From contig NC_135819.1 of assembly GCF_964213995.1 (NCBI RefSeq), forward strand, positions 37,324,001 to 37,388,000: DNA of 64,000 bases, in the 5' to 3' direction. Position numbers and translations under genes: made by a program. The notes under the pieces were generated by a model that had not been told where the DNA came from, made no database searches, and worked only from the letters and a program-made list of their open reading frames with translations. Positions 34,949 to 47,584 of this stretch are shown here, piece by piece. This DNA comes from Mustelus asterias (Eukaryota). How positions within the stretch are numbered: position 1 is the first letter of the stretch; each line of letters begins with the position of its first letter.

Positions 34949-36189
34949 GGTGCCAAGATATTCACACATTAACATTGACCGAATCAGAGGATTTGGAGTA
35001 TCACACTATGCAAAGCCAGCATTCAGTCGACCGCTTATTCCCATCATCTCATTGAAGATTGTATTTCCAACAAGCATTCCGGTGAAACTTGAATCGGATT
35101 AGTTCTGTACACGTCATGAAGCCTGACAGGTGAGGTGCATTTTCCAGTTACGAAATAGTCAAATATGCATGGAAAAGGGAAAACTGGGCGACCCTTATCA
35201 GCACCCGACCAATATTTTTTTTCGTGATTTATTCAACATTAATCAGTATAGATTCTCTGAATTTCAATCAAATATCTGGGCCTACCCCTTTGAATTTTGA
35301 AGTCCTCTGTGTACTTTTTCCGAATATCTTTGGCCTTTGATTCAGTCTGAATACCCAAATGAGAAAAAGCAACTTGATCCTGCTTTTAAACTCATTCATC
35401 AAACATTGGCCAGTTTGTAAAAGTTTGTGACTGTAAGCCAGTAAACAATTGTACTGTGCACCAAAAGCAGGCATGTTCCACAACTGCCTGAGGCTGATCC
35501 ACCTTTTGCGATTAACATTAATCAACATTGTTACACTGTCTCCAAACTACACTACATGATGTGTGAAACAAGCCATGCTACAGTCATGCATAAGAGCTAA
35601 ACAAGCTTAATGCTACTTGCCAATCCATGTTATTAATTACAGAATGATATGAATGTCATGCATTTTTAAAATTTTGCCTTCTGACCTTACTTGTTCCATA
35701 GCTAGGAATAACAAGAGACTGACGTGGAATTTATAGGTATGCATGTCTGTCTATTTATTTGTGCTCTGGGAGGCTAAATGAGGAGAGAAACAGTAAATAA
35801 TGATGGAGGGAATACACAGGCATTATCACGTTGCCTGACAATTTACCATTAGATAAAGATGAGCCAATTATCCCTGCACTACACCAAATGTAATTATTTT
35901 TTTGAAAAGGTTGAATGGAACGGTAATGGAACGGAATATCTGGCGGATCATATAACCGGTGGCCGATGCAATTACACTCCTTCAACACCACAGCCTTGTG
36001 GCTTTTTAAAGGTACCACTATTGCTGTTGTTCGGAATGCTTTCTCCACTGTTTAAACAAAGACTTCAGTCCAATTGGGAAAACGTTTAGACTTTTGGGAA
36101 AATGCTGCCTTCAACATGGCCTGTTCAGGGATCATTCCTCTGGCCAGGGAAGACAACACTTCTTCTTAACTGGAGTCTTCTTAACTGGA

Positions 36190-36480
36190 GGGCAGCACGG
36201 TGGCACAGTGGTTAGCACTGTTGCCTCACAGTGCTAGGTTCCAGGGTTCGATTCCTGCCTTGGATTACTGTCTGTGTGGAGTCTGCATGTTCTCCCCGTG
36301 CCTGCGTGGGTTTCTTCCGGCGCTCCGGTTTCCTCCCACAGTTCAAAAGATGGGCTTTGACCATGCTAAATTCTCCTTCAGTGTACATAAACAGGCACTG
36401 GAGTGTGGTGACCAGGAGATTTTCACAGTAACTTCATTGCAGCGTTAATGTAAGCTGACCTGTGACATAAATAAACTTAA
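36190..36480 (+). mobile_element. V-SINE, tail type A, full length
   Basis: gggcagcacggtggcacagtggttagcac...tgtgacataaataaactt. Confidence 0.9.
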
Positions 36481-36829
36481 ATATTGCTGGTAGGGGGGGA
36501 CTGTGTGATACTGAATGTCTCTTCACCTATATGCATTAGTAAATACTAACAAATACACTTTAAAACTACTGTGTCAAATAATAAAGACATCATTGACCAA
36601 AGCAAAAACAAATTATCTGGACAAAATTGCAATGTAATCTTCTTTTGTAGGGAGCCAGCACTGACTTTGCAAAGTAACTCACTCCGAGTGCTTCCGAAGT
36701 ATGTTTCACTTTTGGTCAGTTTCTTTCAAAAATCCATCTCGATGAAACCTGGAGAGCAAGTTCGTATCGAATGATTATTGTTCAAGAATATGTCAGTTTA
36801 AAATTAAAAACAGGAAAATGTCCCATCAA

Positions 36830-37125
36830 TAAAGTTTATTTATTAATGTCACAAGTAGGCTTACGTTAACACTGCAATGAAGTCACTGTGAAAATCGACT
36901 AGTCACCTCACTCCGGCGCCTGTTCGGGTACACTGAGGGAGAATTTAGCATGGCCAACGCACCTAACCAGCACGTCTTTCAGACTGTGGGAGGAAACTGG
37001 AGCACCCGGAGGAAACCCATGCAGACACGGGGAGAACGTACAGACTCCACACAGACAGTGACCCAAGCCGGGGATCAAACCCCGGTCCCTGGTGCTGTGC
37101 GACAGCAATGCTAACCACTGTGCCG
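36830..37125 (-). mobile_element. V-SINE, tail type A
   Basis: Reverse-complement copy; tail-to-tail with the 36190 copy. Confidence 0.9.
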
Positions 37126-37387
37126 CAACTCTCAGTGGGGAATCATCAGGAGTATTGACTCAAGCCTCTCATATTTGCTGCTGTTTATGTTAACGCAGTT
37201 CTGGAAATTAAAAATAAATAGCAAGTCTGTCTGAAAAAATAAAGAAACTAATGTTGCAAAGAAATGTGATTCTGTTTTGGGTAACTGGATTCAACTGAAA
37301 AGATGGGTTCAGACAAAATGAAACATACAGCAAGAATTAAATAAAGATCTGAATGGAATCAAAGTGAATGCAAGAAATGACTGGCAG

Positions 37388-37409
37388 CTGATGATGATGA
37401 TGATGATGA
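37388..37409. repeat. (GAT)n microsatellite
   Basis: tgatgatgatgatgatgatga. Confidence 0.9.
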
Positions 37410-37894
37410 AATGAAATCAGACAATGTTGTAAGATACATGTTATCCCACGACAGATTTTGTTTTGCAGAGACAGTCATTCTTTGTTACTTGTTTGGCTGA
37501 CAGTGACATTGATAACTGCACGAAACCCTGGTGGGTTTTTTTATATGGAGTTTATCCTAGCATGGAGTCAGGCTGTCTGTCCATTATCATCCCGAATGAG
37601 AGCATCTCAGTCTAATCTGAATTAAGGACTCAGGGATGTTAGTTTATCACTTTATTGGCAGATCATATTGACTTTCTGATAATGTTCCAAAAAGCCTGCT
37701 GGGTGAGCAGGAGAATGTACAATTGGGAGCAATTTGTGGGATCAATATTACACAAGACTGATCAATTTAGAAATTATCTTTCACTTTTAGCCAGAGCAGG
37801 CAAGTTAAAATCATCATAACTTTCAGCTGCACTGTTTATGGAAACAATGAACAGAACAATAAGTTGCACAAGATCCCAAAAATATTCCAGGCAA

Positions 37895-38341
37895 AATCTT
37901 AGAACCATAAGACATAGGAACAGAATTAGGCCACTCGGCCCATCGAGTCTGCTTTGCCATTCAATCATGACTGATATTTTTCTCATCCCCATTCTACTGC
38001 CTTTTCCCCATAACCCCTGACCCCCTTATTAATGAAGAACCTATCTGTCTCTGTCTTAAAGACACTCAATGACCTCGCCTCCACAGCCTTCTGCAGCAAA
38101 GAGTTCCACAGATTCACCACTCTCTGGCTGAAGAAATTCCTCCTCATCTCTGTTTTAAAGGATTGTCCCTTTAGCCTGAGGTTGTGCCCTCTGGTTCTAG
38201 TTTTTCCTACTAGTGGAAACATCCTCTCCACGTCCATTCTATCCAGGCCTCACACTATCCTGTAAGTTTCAACATGATCCCTCCTCTTCCTTCTAAACTC
38301 CAATGAGTAGAGACCCAGAGTCCTCAACCGTTCCTCATACA
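37895..38341 (-). mobile_element. CR1 LINE 3' fragment
   Basis: MFPLVGKTRTRGHNLRLKG..RRNFFSQRVVNLWNSL. Confidence 0.9.
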
Positions 38342-38680
38342 ACCATAGAAATAGAGCCAGAGAGTCCTTACAGTGCAGAAAGAGGTCATTCAGTCCATTG
38401 AGTTTGCTCTAACTCTCCGAAAGAGCATCCCTATTCAGGCCCTTCCCTCCACCCAATTCCCGAAACCCCGTGCATTTACCATGGCTAATCTACCAAATCT
38501 GCACATCTTGTAACACTAAGGGTCAATTTAGCATGGCCAATTCACCTAAGCTGCACACCTTTGCACTGTGGGAGGAAATTGGAGCATCCAGAGGAAACCC
38601 ACACAGACACGGGGAGAACGTGCAAACTCCAGACAGTCACCCGAGGCCGGAATCGAACCCAGGTCTCTGGCGCTGTGAGA
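38342..38680 (-). mobile_element. HE1 V-SINE, tail type B
   Basis: V domain and CR1-like tail. Confidence 0.8.
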
Positions 38681-39211
38681 CAGTGGTTAGCACTGTTTGT
38701 TGGAGCTGCCTTTTTCCTTTCAGTTTCAGAAATGAAACTCTGGCATTTGTATCTTTACAAACATGATTTGGGAAAAAGTTTATGATGAAGTTTGTATCGG
38801 ACTGGATTTAAACATCAGTAGCAGTTTTATGGTAGGTTTGGGCTAGTTATTGGGTTAGATGCGGTCTATGTTTGGATTCCTGGTTATGCAGAATCTGGTT
38901 TATGATAGTGTTTACATTTGGAGTTGGATTTAGATTCAGCCTTAGCTATAAACTTAAAACTGAGTTTAATTTAGATATAGATTTGAAGTTAGGGTTGAAT
39001 TTAGGCTAATTTTCGATACAGGGGTTCCACTGAATTTTGGATATATGAAGAGTGTGATGATTATTGCTTGGATAATGAAATGGTTAGGAGCACATAATTT
39101 CCGTCACATACCAGTATGAAGGAATATAAAGGGCAAAGACAACTTAATCCACCTGGGAGAATCAAGTTGCACAGTTTGGAATTGAAGCTGTTAACTCTAC
39201 CTGTTTTACAG

Positions 39212-39750
39212 TTACAGTTTTGGCCGCCTTATTTAAGGAAAGATACTTTATCATTGAAGGCAGTGCCAAGGAGGTTTACTAGGATGATCCCAAGTATGGA
39301 GGGACTGCCATAGGAGGAAAGATTAAACAGGTTGGGTCTGTACCCCTTGCAATTCAGAAGAATGAGAGGTGATATGATTGAAATGTAAAAGATTCTTAGG
39401 GGGTTAGACAGTGTAAATGTTGGGAGAGTGTTTCCACTCATGGGAGAGTGTAGGGCCAGAGGAAACAGTCGCAGAATAAGCGGGTGCTCATTTAAGATGG
39501 ATTTGAGGAAGAATTTCTTCTCTCAAAGAGTGGTAAATCTTTGGAATTCTTTCCCCCAGGAAGCTGAAGTCTCTGGACATTTTCAAAGCTGAGATCGATA
39601 AGTTTTTAATCAGCAGGGGAATTAAGAGTTATGGAGATAAGGTAGGAAAGTGGACTTAGCGAGTGTTAAATCAGCGATAATCTTACTAAATGGCAGAGCA
39701 GGCTTGAAAGGCTGAATGGCCTATTCCTGTTGCTGTTTCTTGTGGTCTTA
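39212..39750 (+). mobile_element. CR1 LINE 3' fragment
   Basis: QFWPPYLRKDTLSLKAVPRRFTRMIP; FFSQRVVNLWNS. Confidence 0.9.
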
Positions 39751-40119
39751 CATGATATGATTTGAGCCAATGTGGGCTATCTCCCTACTTCTGGTTCAAA
39801 TGTTTACTCTGGACAACAACTAAACATGACCGAATTGCGGCATGTTTATTCAACATTTCAAAATCTTACACTCAATAAGAATTATTTCATTGACATGGGC
39901 ATGGAGGCTTGGACTTGTGCGAGAATCGGAACAGAGCAAACGATCAGTCCTCTCCCTCCGGCCTCCAGACAGTTGATCAGACGACTTTGTCCTGAGCTAG
40001 CTAATTATTACCTGGAGCACAATTTCTTATGCCCCTGCTCTGGGCATGTCACCTGCATGATCAACTCTGGGTAGGCTGATCCTACCTCCTCGGGGCTCAG
40101 TGATTGGCCAGTTGTGGCA

Positions 40120-40360
40120 AGCTGTCATCTTGAACCGTTGTAGTACACCCACAGTGCCGTTAGGAGGGCATTCCAGGAGTTTGACCCAGCGATGGTGAAG
40201 GAACGGCGATATATTTCCAAGTCAGGATAGTGAGTGGCTTGTAGGGGAACTTGCAGTTGGTGGTGTTCCCATATATCTGCTGCCCTTGTCCTTCTAGATG
40301 TAAGTGGTCAAGGGTTTGGAAGGTGCTGTCTAAGTGTGGTCGTGGGCTTGGAAGGTGCTG
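40120..40360 (-). mobile_element. CR1-group (L2/Crack-like) LINE 3' fragment
   Basis: GNTTNCKFPYKPLTILTWKYIAVP, same family as 1805. Confidence 0.7.
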
Positions 40361-41580
40361 GCTACTGCTTTCTGTCCTTAAACTAATTTGTTTTACCCAA
40401 TTGCGCCCTGGCCCAACTATTCCATAAGCCTCGATTTTTGTTAACCTGCCTTTCACATGGCATCTTGTCAAATGTTTCCTAGAAATCCATATAGACACCA
40501 TCTACCGCATTCCCTTCATCAACCCTCTCTGTTATTTCATCACAAAATTCAATCAGATGACTCAAACACAATCTGCCTTTTGCAAATCCTCACTGTCTCT
40601 GTTGTGTATTCATCGTAGTGCTAGGTTTTCCTTACTCACAGTCTTACAGCTGAAGGAGCACTTTAAGAGAATGATGTAATTAATTGTTTGGACGAATAAG
40701 CTGGCAGTATAACATCTCAGCCTGTAGTGTTAATACCTTTTGAATAAAGGACCTTTGTTGAACCTCCAGGGTCTCCTAAAGTCAACCTTGTGAACACCAC
40801 ACAAAAACTGGCAACGAGGAAGTTGAACAAATACTTGCAAACAACTGGAGGGAAATAAAAAGAATCTCCAAAACATTTGAAGAAATAACTTTGAAGAGAA
40901 GCTGATCACCTGCACTACCTGAAACAAACCCAGTAGCTGTGAATGGCAAGTACCCCGCAATAATAAATTTATAGCTAAGTGTGCTTCAAAACACAAAGAA
41001 ACAAGCCGAGCCTGGGGTGTGCCTTGTTCTTGGGAGAAAGGAATCAAGGCACAAATCTGTGGCACATCGTGCACATGAAGGTCCTTTCATAGAGAGAAAA
41101 CGGCAGGGGTTTTTGGCACCATGGGACTGTTTGATGAGAATACAGAGTAATGGGACTCTTATATGGAACTGTTTGCCTATTTTGTTCAAGCTAACAAGAA
41201 AGCAGAGGATATCACAGCTCCCACATCTCTGAGCATAATGGGCAGGTGTGCGTGGGGTGGGGAGTGACATTTAAACTCCTCTGGAGTCTGGTGCGGCCGG
41301 CAAAACCAGGCACGAAGACATACAAAATAATACTGAACTTTTACAGAACCCCCACTGCTCACCAAAACCTTTAGTGAACACAGAAAGGTTTAGATTTAAT
41401 AAGTGCAATCAAGAAGAGAGCAAATTATTTGCACAGTTTGTAGCTACCCTGAAAGGACTGGCTGAAATCTGCAAATTCCAGGATGTGTTAAATGACACCA
41501 TCCGAGATCGATTAGTCTGTGGTTTAAAGAGTGAGGCTATTCAAAAGTGGTTGTTAACTGAAAGCAACCTGGCCTTAAAG

Positions 41581-41898
41581 CAGTGGTTCCCAAACTTTTT
41601 TCACTGGGCCGCACTTTCGGAATAAAAATTTGCTCGCGCCTCACCGAATTTTTTATTGATAAGAAATACATTCAAAAACAAAAAAAACACAACTCCTAGC
41701 AGGGCTTGATTCATAACTTAAAACACAACTACATTATAATATGATCATGGGACATCCAGAAAGTATAAAACAATCACTTTGGAAAAATATCTAATCCATG
41801 TTTAAATGTTTCTTTGATTGTCCTTGAATCTTCCTGCCACACTTGCCAGCCTCTCTCGCCGCACCAATGTGGCGCGCCGCACCCTTTGGGAACCACTG
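41581..41898. mobile_element. hAT (Charlie-like) MITE, 318 bp
   Basis: Perfect 14-bp TIR CAGTGGTTCCCAAA; perfect 8-bp TSD CCTTAAAG (41573-41580, 41899-41906). Confidence 0.95.
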
Positions 41899-42652
41899 CC
41901 TTAAAGAAAGCTTCGGTAGTTGCTGAATCCATGGAATTAGCAGCCAAAGAAGCTCAACAGTTGAGTTCAAACATAAGAATTCGCAAGGTGTTGGCTGAAA
42001 CTTGAGTGCAAATACAGACTCTCACTTCCCGTAAGTGTACAAGGACTGGACATTCAGCAGCAGGTTGTTGGTGCAAAGACATCATGTGCAGAAATTGTGG
42101 AAGAACGGGCCACATTCAATGCATATATTAGAAAAAGAAGCAAGCTTCAGGCAAAAATAGCAAAAACTGAAAGTCAAATAAAACAAATGGGTGAGCTGAA
42201 TGAAGGAAAAAATGTCCATGTAGTACAAAAACAATGCGAGAAGGAACTTGATTCAACATCCGAGGATAAACTATCATTGAATGTCCTGGCTATTGCTGAT
42301 GTAGCAAATGATATTGAGTCACTTCATTACTGGGTGGAGAGCTGCTGAAGAGGGAGGTGGACACTGGAGCAGCAGACTCACTGGTGCCAGAGACTGTGTA
42401 TAAAGAAAAGTTTTGACATATTGCTCTGAAACGCTCGAAGATTGTGGTAGAAAAATTACACTGGGAAAGTGATTCCATTGGGGTGCCAGGATTCACAACA
42501 ATTCCTGAAGATTGTCACACACAAAGAGTTATTTTTATACAAAGGATCTGGTATCACTTCATGCCAGCATTGTTCCAACAAGCAATAGCCCAAATCTTAA
42601 GAAGATTGGATGGAGTCCAGGGTTGTCTAAATGACATCTTGGTTACTAGAAA

Positions 42653-42986
42653 GAATCATAAAATCATAGAAACCCAACTGTGCAGAAGGAGGCCATTTGG
42701 TCCATCAAGTCTGCAACAATCCCACCCAGGCCCTATCCCTGTAACCCCACGCATTTACCCTGCTAATCTATCTGATACTAAGGGGCAATTTAGCTTGGCC
42801 AATCAACCAAGCCCACACATCTTTGGGCTGTGGGAGGAAACAGGAGCACCTGAAGGAAATCCACACCAACACAGGGAGAACGTGCAAACTCCACACAGGC
42901 AAGAGAATCACCCAAGGCAGGAATCAAACCCGGGTCCCTGGCACTGTGAGGCAGCCATGCTAACCACTGTACCACCATGCCGGCCC
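42653..42986 (-). mobile_element. HE1 V-SINE, tail type B, in Gypsy RT
   Basis: Head, V domain, tail B. Confidence 0.85.
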
Positions 42987-44957
42987 ATGCCGAAGAACAT
43001 CTCTGCAACCTGGATGCCACCAGAAATGAGAAGATTGTGGATTAAGAGTCTGAAAAGACAAGTGTGAATTTTTCCAATCTTCAGTTGAATATCTGGGCCA
43101 CGTCAGTAATGCCAGTGGACTATATAAGTCATCTTTGAAAGTCAAAGCCATTACTCAGGCACTTACACCTCAGAATGTGAACCAACCTTGATCTTTGCTA
43201 GACCTACTAAATTACTATGGAAGGTTTTCCCCCAATATGGCAACTACATTAAAAGCCTTGCACAATCTACAGTGCCAAAATAAAAAGTGAAATGGGTGGA
43301 TCGATGTGAGAGAGCATTCACGCAAGCCAAAGAGGAGCTACTCAAGTCAGAAATCCTGACACATTTTGATCCGAATTTACCCCTACAGTTGGCATGTGAT
43401 GTATCACCTTAGGGAATTGGGGTAGTGGTTTACCACTGAATGTCCACAGGTGAAGAGACATCGATAGCCTTCGCATTCAGGACCTTGAATAAGGCTGAAA
43501 GTGAATAGGCGCAGATGGAGGAAGAGGCCTCAGGAATTATTCTTGGAATGAAATGGTTCTGTTCAATTTCTGCATGGGAGGAAATTTACTTTATTGATGG
43601 ATCGTTGTCCTCGAAAAATGATATTTGGACCTCATATCAGGATTCCATCACTGGCAGTGACCAGGATGCAGAGATGGGCATTGCTGTTGTGAGCACACAC
43701 ATACACGATCAAATATGGTCAGTCAAGCCTTCATGGGAACACAGGTAGACTCTCCCAACTACCCTTACCAAATAGTTCATTGATAAGTAGTTCATCTGGA
43801 AACATTTTCTACTTTGAGCAAGTAGATAAAACTCCTGTAACCGCAGGGTGAGTTAAGAAGCATAATAACCCAGAAATAATCCAGTACTTGCCGAGGCAAT
43901 GGACATGGAGCTTTGAGGCACGATCTCAGGGACAAACCCCGAGTTAAAGCCAGATTCTACTTGAAGACTTGAGTTTTCCATATGGGCAGGTTGTCTCCTC
44001 TGGGGAATGAGAATCATTGTTACACCATTACGAAGAAAATGTGTATTAAACCAATTACATGAAGGCCACTGTGGTATTGTAACAATGAAGGAAAAAGAAA
44101 GGATCTATTTTTGGTGGCATGGTCTAGATTCTGAAATCAAGGAAAAGGTGGGAATGTTTTCCGCAAAAGTGCGGAACCAGTCACCATTAGCACTATTTCA
44201 CTCATGGAAATGGCCAAAAGAGGCCTGGCAATGGGTACACGTTGACTATACCAGACCATTTTAAGGAAGCATGTTTCTCATTCTAATTGATGTTCATTCA
44301 AACCGGCCTGAAGTTGCCATCATGAAGTCAACATCAGCAGAGAAAATAATTGAGCGTTTGGACGAAATATCCAGCAGGTTTGGTTACCCTGAACAAGTGG
44401 TGAGTGGTAATGGATCGCAGTTCATATCTCAAGAGTTTGAAAACTTCTTGAAGCTAGACAGAGTTCAACACATCAGGTCCGCTCCTTATCATCCAGCAAC
44501 ACATAGGCTGGCAGAATGTTTTGTGTAAGTGATGAAGAACTTGTTAAAGGTAACAAGCGTCATTGACAACACGCTTGAGTCAATTCCTGCTCCAACAGGA
44601 ACACTGCTCACTCAACAATCCAAGTTTCTCCGGTGTTGCTAATGTTAAACGCCAATTATGTACTGCTTTCGAGATACTAAAACCACCAAACTAAATTGTG
44701 GAGGAAAAGCAACAGGATTAGGTCAGATGGCAGGAGAACAAAGCAAAATATCATGATTTTCACCAGGGTCAAGAGGTTGGTGGCAAGAAACTATACCACA
44801 AGTGAAAGATGGATTCCTAACACCATTATAGGACAAACAGGATCGGTCTCCTCCAACATACAAACCCGAAACAATGTAATCCGGAGGAGGCATGCGGATC
44901 AACTTTTGGCAACAAGAACCAATCTGCCAGTGACAAAACCAACAGAGTCCAAATCCA

Positions 44958-45184
44958 AGAACATAGAACATATAGAACATAGAACAGTACAGCACAGAAC
45001 AGGCCCTTTGGCCCACGATGTTGTGCCGAGCTTTATCTGAAACCAAGATCAAGCTATCCCACTCCCTATCATCCTGGTGTGCTCCATGTGCCTATCCAAT
45101 AACCGCTTAAATGTTCCTAAAGTGTCTGACTCCACTATCACTGCAGGCAGTCCATTCCACACCCCAACCACTCTCTGCGTAAAG
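44958..45184 (-). mobile_element. CR1 3' tail fragment with (aacatag)n
   Basis: RRVVGVWNGLPAVIVES on minus; tail ttctatgttctatatgttc. Confidence 0.8.
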
Positions 45185-45508
45185 AGCCAAGAGATAACAT
45201 TGACCTTCCCGAAAACCTGACACTAACTGAACCAATTGGTGAAAATAGCACCTATTGTGAATCAAACACCAAGTCAACCTCAGATCACTCCGGCAACTCT
45301 GGTTGAGACAACCACTGATGATGTTCACACCAAGCCAAAGACACCAGAGGTTGCAGCAAGAATTAAAAAACAGATGCCTGAGTTTTGTCGACAATCACAC
45401 AGAGAACGATAGCCTCCGAAATGTCTGACTTATTGACTGTCGTTGTTAATTGTTTATTAATGTTATCCTGTTTTCTGTGTCAGGGATGTTTAATTTAAAG
45501 GGGAAAGA

Positions 45509-45814
45509 GTCAATTACTAGGGGACGCAGGTTTAAGGTGCGAGGGGCAAGGTTTAAAGGAGATGTACGAGGCAGATGTTTTACACAGAGAGTAGTGGGTG
45601 CCTGGAACTCGCTGCCGGGGGAGGTAGTGGAAGCGGATACAGTAGTGACTTTTAAGGGGCGTCTTGACAAGTACATGAATAGGATGGGAATAGAGGGATA
45701 TGGTCCCCGGAAGGCTAGGGGGTTTTAGTTAAGTCGGGCATCATGGTCGGTGCAGACTTGGAAGGCCGAAGGGCCTGTTACGGTGCTGTAATTTTCTTTG
45801 TTCTTTGTTCTTTG
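45509..45814 (+). mobile_element. CR1 3' fragment between the Gypsy PPT and 3' LTR
   Basis: TRGRRFKVRGARFKGDVRGRCFTQRVVGAWNSLP; (ttctttg)n tail. Confidence 0.9.
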
Positions 45815-45828
45815 ACATGTTGTGTATT

Positions 45829-46522
45829 TATTTGTTTATTAGTGTCACAAGTAGGCTTACATTAACACTGCAATGAAGTTACTGTGAAAATCCCCTGGTC
45901 GCCACACTCCAGCACGTGTTCAGGTACACTGAGGGAGAATTTAGCATGGCCAATGCACCTAACCAGCACGTCTTTCAGACTGCGGGAGGACACCGGAGCA
46001 CCCGGAGGAAACCCATGCAGACACGGGGAGAACGTGCAGACTCCACACAGACAGTGACCCAAGCCAGAAGTCGAACCCGAGTCCCTGGCACTGTGAGGCA
46101 GCAGTACTAACCACTGTGTCACCGTGCTGCCCTCCAGTTAAGAAAACTCCGGTTAAGAAAAAGTGTTGTCTTCCTTGGACAGAGGGATGATCCTTGGACG
46201 GGCCATGTCATTGAAGTCCCAAATGTTCAAACATCTTCCCAACTCTATTGAAGTTTTTATTTAACTGGAGGGGAAAGCATTCCAAACAACATTACACAGC
46301 AATAGTGGGACCTTTAAAAAGCCACTAGGCTGTCGTGTTGAAGGAGTGTAATTGCATTGGCCACCGGTTATACGATCTGCCAGATAATTCCGTTCGGGTA
46401 CACTGAGGGAGAATTTAGAATGGCCAGACTCCACACAGACAGTGACCCAAGCTGGGAATTGAACCTTGGTCCCTGGCGCTGTGAGGCAGCAGTGCTAACC
46501 ACTGTGCCACCATGCCGCCCTA
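45829..46522 (-). mobile_element. Composite insertion: partial V-SINE (46520-46390), ~260-bp spacer, full V-SINE type A (46132-45829)
   Basis: Spacer is the reverse complement of 35929-36189; flanked by imperfect duplication tgttgtgtatt / tactatgtatt of the LTR start. Confidence 0.8.
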
Positions 46523-47179
46523 TACTATGTATTCATAGTATTATTAATGTTTTTCCCTACTTGCATCTGAACAGGGTTTCTTCAAGAGAACGATTCAGCC
46601 ATTTCCACATTCAGTCTGGCAGTGTAACATCGCAGCCTGTAGTGTTAACATCTCCTCAATAAAGCTCTTCGTTTCATTGAACCTCCATGGCCTCCTAAAC
46701 TCAGTCCTGCAATCACTACAGGCTCTCGTTAATTAACTCAAAACTCGCCAAGCGTCTGCTGATTTATTCTATGATTAAGGATTCCAAAATATTACCCACC
46801 ACTATTTTTAGACTAACCAGCCAGTAGTTGCTCACATTGTCCTTACACCCTTCCTTGAAAAAGGGGGTCATATTTACCACTCTTAAATCATGCAGCACAC
46901 TTCCCAATCCAGGGAAGATTTAAAGATAATACAAGACCTTCAGCTATCTCTGCCTTCACCTACCTCCTTTAGCACCTGCAAGGCAAGTCACCTGGACCAG
47001 ATGGCCCATCTACCATAAGTATAGCCAGCTTTATCAGGACCTCCTCCCTCTCACTTTCACTGCATCCTTTACCTCCACTATCACTGCTTCTATTAATATT
47101 TTTCAGAATCCTTTTCCTTAGTAAATATTAATGCAAAGAGCTCAATAGGTACTCCTGTGCCTCGAAGCATTACAGCAGA

Positions 47180-47545
47180 GGCACTGGCTTAATGATATTA
47201 TGGCTAAACTATTAATCCAGAAACTCAGCTAATGTTCCAGGGAACTGGGTTCGAATCCTGCAGATGGTGGCATTTGAATTCAGTTAAAAACAAATCTGGA
47301 ATTAAGAATCTACTGATGACTATGAAACCATTCTCAATCGTCGGAGAAACCCATCTGGGTTCACTAACATCCTTTAGGGAAGGAAATCTGCCGTCCTTAC
47401 CCAGTCTGGCCTACATGTGACTTCAGAGCCACAGCAATGTGGTTGACTCTCAACTGCCCTCTGAAATGGCCTAGCAAAGGGCAGTTGAGAGGATGGGCAA
47501 TAAATGCTGGCCAGCCAGTGACACCCATATCCCATGAATGAATAA
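47180..47545 (+). mobile_element. tRNA-headed SINE with the L2/Crack-like LINE tail
   Basis: B-box ggttcgaatcc; body ggttcactaa..cctttagggaaggaaatctgccg; tail gatgggcaataaatgctggccagccagtgacaccc shared with the 1805 family. Confidence 0.75.
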
Positions 47546-47584
47546 ACTAAATATAAATAAAATCACCCTCATTGTCCCTAACAG

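Larger units (their letters stand above)
40600..46720 (+). mobile_element. Decayed near-full-length Gypsy (Mag-clade) LTR retrotransposon
   Basis: 5' LTR 40600-40803; PBS TGGCAACGAGG 40809-40819; gag ERFRFNKCNQ..LNDTIRDRLVCG; protease VDTGA; RT CLNDILVT; RNase H LACDVSP; integrase LHEGHCG..VHVDY..HIRSAPYHPA; PPT ~45497-45508; 3' LTR 45818-45828 plus 46523-46720; TSD GTCTC/GGCTC. Confidence 0.9.
40365..47160 (-). mobile_element. CR1 RT-region fragment split by the Gypsy insertion (pieces 40365-40599, 46721-47160)
   Basis: Minus reading VDGVYMDF*ETFDKMP (LDF.KAFDKVPH motif); sequence is continuous across the Gypsy TSD. Confidence 0.65.

Noticed and set aside
42444-43067. 207-aa ORF
   Set aside because: Read-through of a Gypsy RT remnant into an antisense HE1 SINE
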